Source of the DNA: a virus
Lineage: Duplodnaviria; Caudoviricetes
Reading direction: 5' to 3' (one strand)
Virus record (IMG/VR): IMGVR_UViG_3300012953_000203
Location: 1-25,430 of that record
DNA length: 25,430 nt
Position 1 is the first letter of the stretch, and every line of letters begins with the position of its first letter. Made by a program: the position numbers and the translations under genes. The notes under the pieces are model-generated. The model saw only the letters and a list, made by a program, of their open reading frames with translations. It had not been told where the DNA came from and searched no databases. Below, piece by piece: positions 17,757 through 25,019 of this stretch.

Positions 17757-19202
17757 TTATGCGTCAGTTCGTACCAATTTAACAACAGATACATCAGTTG
17801 TGCCATTGTTAGCAACGAGCTGGTTGAAGCCAAGGGATTGGCTAGCAACGATAACTCGACGCTGATTAAGAACTTCGTAATCTTGCTCTACGGATACACC
17901 GCGGAGACGTGGAATTACGTGGTTACGTACGTTAACTGCATAACCTACAGTTCCGCCGTTTGCACCATCACCTTCCAGTTGATCTGAAATAACTACAGGA
18001 GTTCCGAAGATTGCTCCGATAGCACCAGTAATCTTGGTGGCAACATCTGAGCCGACATCTGTAATGTCTGCGAATGCTGCATCTGAAATCAGATCATAGT
18101 AGCGCGCTTGAGAAACTACGTAAATGAGGTCTGAAGGATTAATACCATACTTACCCATCAACTTACGAGCTGCTAAGAATTCAGCTGCAGTTACTACTGT
18201 ATCTACTGAACTACCGCCTACTGCATCAAGTGCGTCTACTTTAACAGTACCCGCAAGAGCTTCTAGGCCATCAAAACCTTGAGTTCCACCTGTGGTACCA
18301 TTAAGGAGAGCATCGTCAACTGCACGTGCGTGTGCGCGAGCAACTGATTCTGTCAACATAGGCATTAGGTTTACGAGAACCTGCTCATCAATGTCATTGT
18401 CCATGAAAGTCGTGGAAACAAGACGAGTAGCCTTCAAGATTACTTGACGAGCATTAAATTGATTTGCATCAATTTGAGGACGGTTAGTCAAGTTACCAGC
18501 AGTAACTGTGTTACTACCCCAGGCTGCAGGTAAAGCATCCGTTTGGATTGGTAATACTTGAGTTGCGGAATTAATCGTGACTTCACGGAAAACTTGAGCA
18601 AGCTTAAGTTCCAACATAATTTCACGTTCAATTGCAGTTGATACGCCTTGAGCAATATCAGGAGCACCCGTAGTTACAGAACCAAGACCAGAGTCATACT
18701 CAAGACCAGCTTTTTCGCATACGTCTTTAGCATAGTCTGTAGCCCAACCTTTATTGGTCATAACACCAAGAAGGTGAGCATACATTAGTTCCTTGCTATT
18801 CTTCTCGATTGATTCAGCACGATTTACCGAACGGTCACCAAATACGCGCTTAGATTCACGCATTTTAGTAATTTCTTCGTTCTTTTCTTCTAGCTCTTTT
18901 TTATGCTGAGCAACTACTTCTCCAAGATCTGCATCTTTTTGATTTAGCTTAGCTTCAACATCTGCCATAAGCTTTTCTGTGCCGGACTCAACAGCAGTTA
19001 CAACTGCTTTCTGAACTTCGGCTTCTTGCGTTGCTTTAACTTCTGCTTCTGCAGCAGCTTTTTCAACGGCTTCTTGTGCGGTTTTTTCTTCCGCAGCTTT
19101 TGTCTCGGCTTGCTTCATTGCAATTTTAGCAGCAGTCTCTTCTGCCACCTTCTTAGCAAATGCTTCCAAGTCGATTTCGGGAGTTTTTACTTCTTCCGAC
19201 AT
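17757..19202 (-). CDS. stand-alone major capsid protein precursor (481 aa) from an internal in-frame start, Met202
   Basis: AAGGAG (19214-19209), 6 nt, then ATG (19202), in frame and exactly at the start of the scaffold coiled coil. Confidence 0.7.
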   Translation of the reverse strand: MSEEVKTPEIDLEAFAKKVAEETAAKIAMKQAETKAAEEKTAQEAVEKAAAEAEVKATQEAEVQKAVVTAVESGTEKLMADVEAKLNQKDADLGEVVAQHKKELEEKNEEITKMRESKRVFGDRSVNRAESIEKNSKELMYAHLLGVMTNKGWATDYAKDVCEKAGLEYDSGLGSVTTGAPDIAQGVSTAIEREIMLELKLAQVFREVTINSATQVLPIQTDALPAAWGSNTVTAGNLTNRPQIDANQFNARQVILKATRLVSTTFMDNDIDEQVLVNLMPMLTESVARAHARAVDDALLNGTTGGTQGFDGLEALAGTVKVDALDAVGGSSVDTVVTAAEFLAARKLMGKYGINPSDLIYVVSQARYYDLISDAAFADITDVGSDVATKITGAIGAIFGTPVVISDQLEGDGANGGTVGYAVNVRNHVIPRLRGVSVEQDYEVLNQRRVIVASQSLGFNQLVANNGTTDVSVVKLVRTDA

Positions 19203-19805
19203 TTTGATCTCCTTTTGGGTTTTAACCCCGTCCGGTGTGTCACTAGCTATATCTGATATATCATCCTTAGCCAGAGACTGACCGGCTAGATCTACACGAT
19301 TGGTGAAAGTTTTCTTGAAGGCTTCATACTCTGTTTCAGAGTCAAAAGACTTCGCCAGAGAGAAAGTAGCTGCTTGATTGCAAGGTACGGATACTACCGA
19401 AACTTCAAACAACTCAGCGTCCTTTATCTTATATCCATCAGTTTCCGCTATATAATCAGCATCCTTGACTCGGAAACCGACAGAAAAGGCTCCAAGAACA
19501 CCGTCTTTAACTAGTTCGCACACGCTTTCGGGTGCAGACTTGCTAATCTTTGCTTCTAGCTCTAAACCAGTAGGAGTAACCTTTACTCCAGTGGCTCTAC
19601 CTATAGGCTTATTATAATCATGGTTAAAAAGAATAATAGGATTATTCTCAAAATTCTTTAAACCACCTTTTGCCCAGGCATCAGGAGAAATAGTATCTCC
19701 AGCACGATCAAAATGATCTGTGCTTGCCATTCCCCTAATCATCACACTACCGTCTTCGACTTCATGAGACTTAAAGGTAGAGGTTAAATTGAAAATTTTA
19801 TTCAT
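17757..19805 (-). CDS. HK97-type prohead protease fused to scaffold (delta) domain and major capsid protein
   Basis: aa 1-~165 carry protease motifs (PIILFNHD..KPIG, GAFSVGF, LFEVSVVSVPCN); aa ~202-320 are Ala/Glu/Lys coiled coil; the rest has HK97-fold motifs (ARAHARAVDDALLNG, GAIFGTPVVISD); no stop between the parts. Confidence 0.92.
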   Translation of the reverse strand: MNKIFNLTSTFKSHEVEDGSVMIRGMASTDHFDRAGDTISPDAWAKGGLKNFENNPIILFNHDYNKPIGRATGVKVTPTGLELEAKISKSAPESVCELVKDGVLGAFSVGFRVKDADYIAETDGYKIKDAELFEVSVVSVPCNQAATFSLAKSFDSETEYEAFKKTFTNRVDLAGQSLAKDDISDIASDTPDGVKTQKEIKMSEEVKTPEIDLEAFAKKVAEETAAKIAMKQAETKAAEEKTAQEAVEKAAAEAEVKATQEAEVQKAVVTAVESGTEKLMADVEAKLNQKDADLGEVVAQHKKELEEKNEEITKMRESKRVFGDRSVNRAESIEKNSKELMYAHLLGVMTNKGWATDYAKDVCEKAGLEYDSGLGSVTTGAPDIAQGVSTAIEREIMLELKLAQVFREVTINSATQVLPIQTDALPAAWGSNTVTAGNLTNRPQIDANQFNARQVILKATRLVSTTFMDNDIDEQVLVNLMPMLTESVARAHARAVDDALLNGTTGGTQGFDGLEALAGTVKVDALDAVGGSSVDTVVTAAEFLAARKLMGKYGINPSDLIYVVSQARYYDLISDAAFADITDVGSDVATKITGAIGAIFGTPVVISDQLEGDGANGGTVGYAVNVRNHVIPRLRGVSVEQDYEVLNQRRVIVASQSLGFNQLVANNGTTDVSVVKLVRTDA

Positions 19806-20103
19806 TATTCTCTATCTCGTCTGCATTTTCAGCAGCTTTGTTCAAAGCCTCTAACGGGCTAGGCTTGGAAACTGGAGGAGGAGGCGGAGCTTTTGGCTGC
19901 GATAGCTCAGGATATTTTAATACCAGCCCCCTTACTAAGTACTTCCATGCTTTAAAGCCTCTCTTAACCGCAACTGCATGAATAGCAGTTTGAGAGCCAA
20001 CAATATTCAAATAAGACTTATAATCAATATCTAATGGAAGTTCGAATTCTTTAAAATGCGAGTACGCAGTTTGTAGTAATTTTTCTTTTTGGCGCATTGC
20101 CAT
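19798..20103 (-). CDS. hypothetical protein with Pro-rich linker, between portal and protease
   Basis: 101 aa; SD GGAG upstream; fills the gap with tight junctions; PKAPPPPPVSKPSP linker and acidic tail. Confidence 0.75.
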   Translation of the reverse strand: MAMRQKEKLLQTAYSHFKEFELPLDIDYKSYLNIVGSQTAIHAVAVKRGFKAWKYLVRGLVLKYPELSQPKAPPPPPVSKPSPLEALNKAAENADEIENNE

Positions 20104-20106
20104 AAA

Positions 20107-21303
20107 TTAATCTCCTTCTGATTCTGTAGGTCTGCCACCCTCTTCAGGATTAGCAGCGCTGCCAGCAATATTTGCAGGAACTCTTACATCATCTTGGCCT
20201 TCTAGTACATCAAAGCCTAAGTTTTCTCTTGCTTCATTTGGAGAAATTATTCCGCCATTTACAAGAGAGGTGTAATAAGCTGCTGCATCCCTAAGTTCTG
20301 GCTGAAGAGCAGGTATGTTACTTATGTCTTCTCCTAACTCAAATCCAAAGTACCTTTCAAATCCATAATTTAGTTTTTTAACTATTGGAAGAATTGTTTC
20401 AAGATAATACATTCTTAAATTAGGACGAATGTTTGCATTATTGCCAGAATCTAGTAATATTGGAGGTACCCCTAATGCTTTTAGTATAATTTTTTCATTT
20501 TCTTGAATAGCATCTTGAAAATCTAAATCTCTAAAATTAGTATTAGAAATCTGATCTATCTCTATTCCTCCATCTAAAATAAGGGGCCTTTTGCCGCCTG
20601 AATCAGGTCTATAACGAAGAGTCCATGATTGAATCATTCGTTCTTTTATCTTCTCACTTAAAGTATTAGGACTTTTTAATACAAGCCCAGGAACTGCTCC
20701 ATTCTTAAAAAAGTTATCTTGAAACTGCCGCATATTTCTCATTAGAATCATTGTTCTAAGTGCGGGCTTCAATCTTGAGACACCTCTATAAATAGAATAA
20801 AAAGAGTTGTCTTTAATATGAACTATTTCGTTTGTTTTATACTCTACCTGCTCATTATAAGAAAAATGACTTATATAAGTTGTATCACTAGAGTGTATTT
20901 TTACTTTAGAGGCAGGTAAGTGGTATAAATGTACTCCATCAAAATAAATAAAGATATTTCCATCTAAGATAAAGTCAGTAATTAGATTTCTTTTAAACGT
21001 ACTTATATCTTGAAAAGGATTAGGCTCTTTATTTAGCAGTAAAGAGACTCTGCTTCGTTTTATTCCCTTCTGTATACTTTGAGTCCCTTGAACCTGAGGA
21101 CCGACAGTAGTGGGTATTTCAGAAGCATCATCTACTAATAAATTTACGCCTCTATTTACAACTTCTAGATCTTCGTAGGCTCTTTCATAAGAAAAAGTAA
21201 ACTCTCTGGAAGACTCTATTTTATGGTCATAGTATTGCTGAGCAGGATTAAGTTTTTCTTCTGCTTCAGTACTTCTTCCTAGTAGTCTATCCCACAATGC
21301 CAT
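20107..21303 (-). CDS. portal protein (HK97 family)
   Basis: 398 aa; LLNKEPNPFQ, GNIFIY, EIVHIK, YRGVSRL, FFKNGAVPG, ALGVPPILL, GIISPNEARE motifs. Confidence 0.95.
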   Translation of the reverse strand: MALWDRLLGRSTEAEEKLNPAQQYYDHKIESSREFTFSYERAYEDLEVVNRGVNLLVDDASEIPTTVGPQVQGTQSIQKGIKRSRVSLLLNKEPNPFQDISTFKRNLITDFILDGNIFIYFDGVHLYHLPASKVKIHSSDTTYISHFSYNEQVEYKTNEIVHIKDNSFYSIYRGVSRLKPALRTMILMRNMRQFQDNFFKNGAVPGLVLKSPNTLSEKIKERMIQSWTLRYRPDSGGKRPLILDGGIEIDQISNTNFRDLDFQDAIQENEKIILKALGVPPILLDSGNNANIRPNLRMYYLETILPIVKKLNYGFERYFGFELGEDISNIPALQPELRDAAAYYTSLVNGGIISPNEARENLGFDVLEGQDDVRVPANIAGSAANPEEGGRPTESEGD

Positions 21304-21652
21304 GTTTGTCTCTTTGAATCTGTACCCAGTTTTTTTGCTTAGTTGCAGTAGCTAAACTTGGGTCTCTACCGTAAATTTTATGTAAGGCCAAATGATGATC
21401 GCGGCATAGAGTTACTGTATGATCATAAAGTTCTGCCGAATGCTCTTGAATAAAGTCTTCTCTAAAAGAAAGAACGTTTTCGGGGACTAACTTATTATTC
21501 TTTACATAAGAATGTACCAAAGGAGCTAGTGTATAAAAATGGTGAAAGTCAAGATTAGTTTTCTTCCCACAAATATAGCATTCACTGCTTTTTTTATACT
21601 TATTTTTTGCCTTATCTCTTATGTATTTTACTATGTCTCTCTTCAAATCCAT
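21287..21652 (-). CDS. HNH-like zinc-binding endonuclease between TerL and portal (start revised to MDLKRD, 121 aa)
   Basis: CYICG..LDFHH...TVTLCRDHHLALH pattern; the TTG start at 21694 in the ORF track is the -35 box of a promoter, so ATG 21652 is preferred. Confidence 0.8.
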   Translation of the reverse strand: MDLKRDIVKYIRDKAKNKYKKSSECYICGKKTNLDFHHFYTLAPLVHSYVKNNKLVPENVLSFREDFIQEHSAELYDHTVTLCRDHHLALHKIYGRDPSLATATKQKNWVQIQRDKHGIVG

Positions 21653-21665
21653 TTTTAATACCGAA

Positions 21666-21705
21666 ATTATATCCAAGATGAGGTACCATGTCAAACACTA
21701 TTTTT
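21666..21705 (-). promoter_or_regulatory. perfect-consensus sigma70 promoter for the head operon
   Basis: Minus strand AAAAATAGTGT-TTGACA(21694-21689)-17 nt-TATAAT(21671-21666). Confidence 0.9.
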
Positions 21706-21717
21706 AACATGGTATCA

Positions 21718-23022
21718 TTAAAACCCGCTACTGGAAGTTTGAAAAGAGTAAAGTGCGTAGCGAAGAGCATCTCCCATATGAGACGCTCTATTGTGTTTAG
21801 GCTTTTCTCTAGCGAGATTAGGATTGGAGTCCCACTGATACTGGTCTAAGCATGATAAAGCTTCTTTACAACTTTGATCTACTAATAGCTTGTTATTATC
21901 TACAATACTTGCGACGTGTGCAATACCATCCAATACTGACTTTTTGGCGTTAACTGTTGTAATATCATAGTTCTGTGCGAAGTCGAATCTAGTCTGTTGT
22001 GCGGCGGAATCGATGTAAATGTAGTCGATATCCCATTTGTCAATAAGTCTTTGAATTTCTGTAGCATGTTGTTCTGTAGTCCTTTCTGCATCTAAGTACT
22101 CGTCTAGTAAGTAATAGGTTTGCTCATCCCAATCATATCCTATAACGCAAAAGGCAGTGGGATCTCTGTACCCTACGTCTAATCCTGCGAACACATCCAT
22201 CTTTTTTGTTTCTAACTCTTCTAAGTTACTTACACACTCTTGAAAGTCAAAACTCCAAATCTGTCCTTCGTAAGTATTAAAATCTGCTTCATACTCTTGC
22301 CTAAATTCGGCCTCGGACATAGATTTTTTAGCTTCGAGAATATCCACTTCAGAAACACGAGGATTATCCCTATAAGTAGCTTTAATAGACGCCCATTCTG
22401 GAAAATCATCTACAAATCCCCTATCAAAAAACTCGGCAAACCAATTATTTCTACCTCGAGGAGTAGAAATAAAAATTGCCTTCGAGTTATCTTTATCTAG
22501 AGTTGGTCTGAGGGCTACATTAAAAGCATCCCTACCATCCGCTAGTGCTGCCTCATCGAATATAATAAGGTCATATGATCTACCTACACAAGAGTCTACT
22601 TGATTAACAGAACCCATACGTATAGTAGAACCATTAGACAGTTCAATTACTTTATCTTTAGCATTGTCTCGTACAACTTCTAAATCAAAGTGCTTTATCA
22701 GAGTTCTCTGAAGATCAAAAGATATTTGAGAAAGAGCATAGTTTGGAGACATGATTAAAATATTAGACCCTGGAACAAGAGAAACCAGCTGACCAATAAT
22801 GTTAGCTATATAGGTTTTCCCTTGACGTCTAGAGATAGCCGCGCAAACAAACCGATACTTTGGATTATTAATAGCATTTATTATTGCTACCTGAGAAGGG
22901 AGCGGAGCTATGCCTAAAAGTTCCATATACGGCTCTACAGGAAGTTTTAAAAACTTGTCCTGAGATATATAATCTGAAAGACTTTCAGAAATTATGTCTT
23001 TACGGCTAACTTCTATTGCCAC
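21718..23022 (-). CDS. terL: terminase large subunit
   Basis: Walker A ISRRQGKT, Walker B LIIFDEA, coupling motif ISTP, RNase H-like nuclease acids AGLDVG / IDSA / GDALRYA; GTG start with AGGA SD. Confidence 0.96.
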   Translation of the reverse strand: MAIEVSRKDIISESLSDYISQDKFLKLPVEPYMELLGIAPLPSQVAIINAINNPKYRFVCAAISRRQGKTYIANIIGQLVSLVPGSNILIMSPNYALSQISFDLQRTLIKHFDLEVVRDNAKDKVIELSNGSTIRMGSVNQVDSCVGRSYDLIIFDEAALADGRDAFNVALRPTLDKDNSKAIFISTPRGRNNWFAEFFDRGFVDDFPEWASIKATYRDNPRVSEVDILEAKKSMSEAEFRQEYEADFNTYEGQIWSFDFQECVSNLEELETKKMDVFAGLDVGYRDPTAFCVIGYDWDEQTYYLLDEYLDAERTTEQHATEIQRLIDKWDIDYIYIDSAAQQTRFDFAQNYDITTVNAKKSVLDGIAHVASIVDNNKLLVDQSCKEALSCLDQYQWDSNPNLAREKPKHNRASHMGDALRYALYSFQTSSSGF

Positions 23023-23023
23023 G

Positions 23024-23284
23024 CTAAATTCCTATTGACTCGTCTTCGCCATTTCTACCCCGGTACTCATTACCGTCATAGTTTAACTCTGTCATGCTTT
23101 TTTGTTTCATTCGTTGATTCCAATGAGAGTCTAATAATTCTCTGTATTTAACTTTATACTCATTGTTGTCTACTTCATCTCTGTACTTCTTTTTGTACAA
23201 AAGAAGTTCTTCTTCCAAAGTAGCAATATATTTGTTTGCTATGGCTAACTTACTTTCTGCTTCTTTTAGACGGCTTATATTCAT
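23024..23284 (-). CDS. hypothetical coiled-coil protein
   Basis: 86 aa, N-terminal heptad pattern, SD CAGGA, ends 1 nt before the terL start. Confidence 0.7.
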   Translation of the reverse strand: MNISRLKEAESKLAIANKYIATLEEELLLYKKKYRDEVDNNEYKVKYRELLDSHWNQRMKQKSMTELNYDGNEYRGRNGEDESIGI

Positions 23285-23304
23285 GTTTTTCCTGTATTAA
23301 GTTA

Positions 23305-23622
23305 TTATCGTTTACTCATCCATGCGGATACTCCCATATACGCACCTACAACTCCTGCCTGTGCGATATAGAATAATCCTAGTAAATCTGCTAGTGCAGA
23401 CACTCTTGTTTCAGATATTGAGGGAGTGAATAATACTGCACTAAACACTATCATTGATCCCATGGCTACCCAGGCCATCTTTTTCTGTGCTTCTGATTTT
23501 TCTTCACGAAGCTCTATTTCCAGCATATCTTGAGATCTTTTTATCTCTGCATCTGTCACCGTTCCGTCCCCATCAAGATCAAACTGATTATATTTAGAAT
23601 TCTTTTCTAGTATCTTACTCAT
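23305..23622 (-). CDS. small two-TM membrane protein with N-terminal EF-hand loop (holin-like topology)
   Basis: DLDGDGTVTDAE 12-residue loop; hydrophobic segments MAWVAMGSMIVFSAVLF and LLGLFYIAQAGVVGAYMGVSAW; basic C-end. Confidence 0.75.
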   Translation of the reverse strand: MSKILEKNSKYNQFDLDGDGTVTDAEIKRSQDMLEIELREEKSEAQKKMAWVAMGSMIVFSAVLFTPSISETRVSALADLLGLFYIAQAGVVGAYMGVSAWMSKR

Positions 23623-23813
23623 AATTTTACTGCCAGTAATAAGAATATTGCGATAAGATTAATATTAACCATAAATATTCCTATTCCTAAAATGGTATGG
23701 TACCAGATCCATCTGGTTTTATAAGCATTATCAATTGATAAATCTTCGGGGTCTGGGTCTACCCACACATCCTGATCTTTATCTTGCTTCCATAAAATTT
23801 TCCACCAACTCAT
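23619..23813 (-). CDS. small membrane protein, single C-terminal TM
   Basis: 64 aa; Trp-rich N-terminus, acidic linker, about 25-aa hydrophobic C-terminus; abuts or overlaps both neighbours. Confidence 0.7.
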   Translation of the reverse strand: MSWWKILWKQDKDQDVWVDPDPEDLSIDNAYKTRWIWYHTILGIGIFMVNINLIAIFLLLAVKL

Positions 23814-24275
23814 TTATTTTATCAACCAAAGAAAAACACCGGTCCCTACAGTAAAGACTAACACAGCAATAGTAACTACTAAAGCGGCCTGTAACAATTC
23901 ATGACTTCTTGCAGCTTTATTAGCTTTAGCTCTTGCAGCTCTTTTTTTAGCTGCTGCCACTGACTGTGCTTGAATACGCTTCATTTCATTATAAGTATCC
24001 ATGTTTCCAGTCATAAGAAATAAGTCTTTTAGTTGTTTGTCATAGTCTTGTATTTTCTTTTTAGCAAGAGCTATATCCATTGCTTCTTTTTGAGTAAGAG
24101 TTATTTTTCCGGATTTAGCTTTAGCCTCTACTTCTGCGATTCCAGAAGCTGCTGTTGTTACTTTGGAAAAAACACTAGACAAACTACTAACATTGCTTCT
24201 GGTTTCTCTAAGAGTACCAATTGCTCCATTTACAGCATTAAGTGCGCCTATAACTGCGCTTACTTCAGCAATCAT
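23814..24275 (-). CDS. helical protein with amphipathic N-terminal helix and C-terminal TM anchor (start revised to MIAEV, 153 aa)
   Basis: TAATG overlap with the upstream stop at 24275; C-terminal AALVVTIAVLVFTVGTGVFLWLI preceded by a basic stretch. Confidence 0.75.
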   Translation of the reverse strand: MIAEVSAVIGALNAVNGAIGTLRETRSNVSSLSSVFSKVTTAASGIAEVEAKAKSGKITLTQKEAMDIALAKKKIQDYDKQLKDLFLMTGNMDTYNEMKRIQAQSVAAAKKRAARAKANKAARSHELLQAALVVTIAVLVFTVGTGVFLWLIK

Positions 24276-24580
24276 TACCACTTCACCTTATCAGCCCAAT
24301 AAGCTGCTGACATCTTGCCTTTAGCAATATTTTTACGATGACGAGCTTTAAAAGATGCTCTCTTCGCTTTCATACGAGCAGACTCACCTGCTTTAGGCTT
24401 ACCGGCAGTACTAGCTCCTTGTTGTCCAAATCTAATAGTCTTCACTTTAGTACCTACCTTAGCTACAACTATATGCGATTTTTTGGCGTGCCCAGGAGTA
24501 CGTTTAGGCTTGTTAAACCCAGTTACCCCGGCCCTTTTTAATCTTGGATCTTTTTTTCTACCTTTTCTTTTTACCGCCAC
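24275..24580 (-). CDS. small highly basic protein
   Basis: 101 aa, about one third K/R; KKSHIVVAK..KTIRFGQQG...RASFKARH...SAAYWADKVKW; GTG start overlapping the upstream gene. Confidence 0.8.
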   Translation of the reverse strand: MAVKRKGRKKDPRLKRAGVTGFNKPKRTPGHAKKSHIVVAKVGTKVKTIRFGQQGASTAGKPKAGESARMKAKRASFKARHRKNIAKGKMSAAYWADKVKW

Positions 24581-24839
24581 GTCGTTTTCTCTTCACGAAG
24601 GTGCTGACATTTGTCGGCTTCCCGCCTGGATTACCTGCAGCTCTTTTTCTTCTAATTGCAGATTTTCTTTGAGACTCTGTAAGGCGGGCGGCTTTGGACG
24701 CAGGAAGACATTTTGGATATTTTTTCTTGCCTGATTTGGTTCTTCCGCATTTCTCAAAGCCGCCACTTTTCTTAGGTCGAGAAATATCGACCCAATCTTC
24801 CTTAAACCATTTTGTTAAACCTCCCCGAGGCTTTGCCAT
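24558..24839 (-). CDS. small highly basic protein (GLTKWFKEDWVD...KCGR...YPKCLP; DUF5872-like from memory)
   Basis: 93 aa, about one third K/R; SD GAGGGAG. Confidence 0.8.
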   Translation of the reverse strand: MAKPRGGLTKWFKEDWVDISRPKKSGGFEKCGRTKSGKKKYPKCLPASKAARLTESQRKSAIRRKRAAGNPGGKPTNVSTFVKRKRRGGKKKR

Positions 24840-24850
24840 TACTTTCTCCC

Positions 24851-25015
24851 TCAGCCTTTTTTACCGCGCTTCTTTTTAAGAATTGCTTTTCGTAGGGCGG
24901 GAGGCAGCTTCTTTTGAGCTGCAGTTAAGCCGCCCATAGACTTTTTCTTTTTACCCTTACCTTTTTTAGCTGGACGTCCTCGTTTCTTTCCGTATGTACC
25001 TTTTCCTGCTGGCAT
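24851..25015 (-). CDS. 54-aa hyper-basic AT-hook-containing microprotein (not in the ORF track)
   Basis: Hand translation MPAGKGTYGKKRGRPAKKGKGKKKKSMGGLTAAQKKLPPALRKAILKKKRGKKG; 22 K/R, no D/E; fills the gap between neighbours. Confidence 0.8.
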   Translation of the reverse strand: MPAGKGTYGKKRGRPAKKGKGKKKKSMGGLTAAQKKLPPALRKAILKKKRGKKG

Positions 25016-25019
25016 AGTT

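Noticed and set aside
21653-21694. N-terminal extension MTWYLILDIISVLK of the HNH ORF (could look like a signal or TM segment)
   Set aside because: It is the translation of the promoter itself; the TTG is the -35 box
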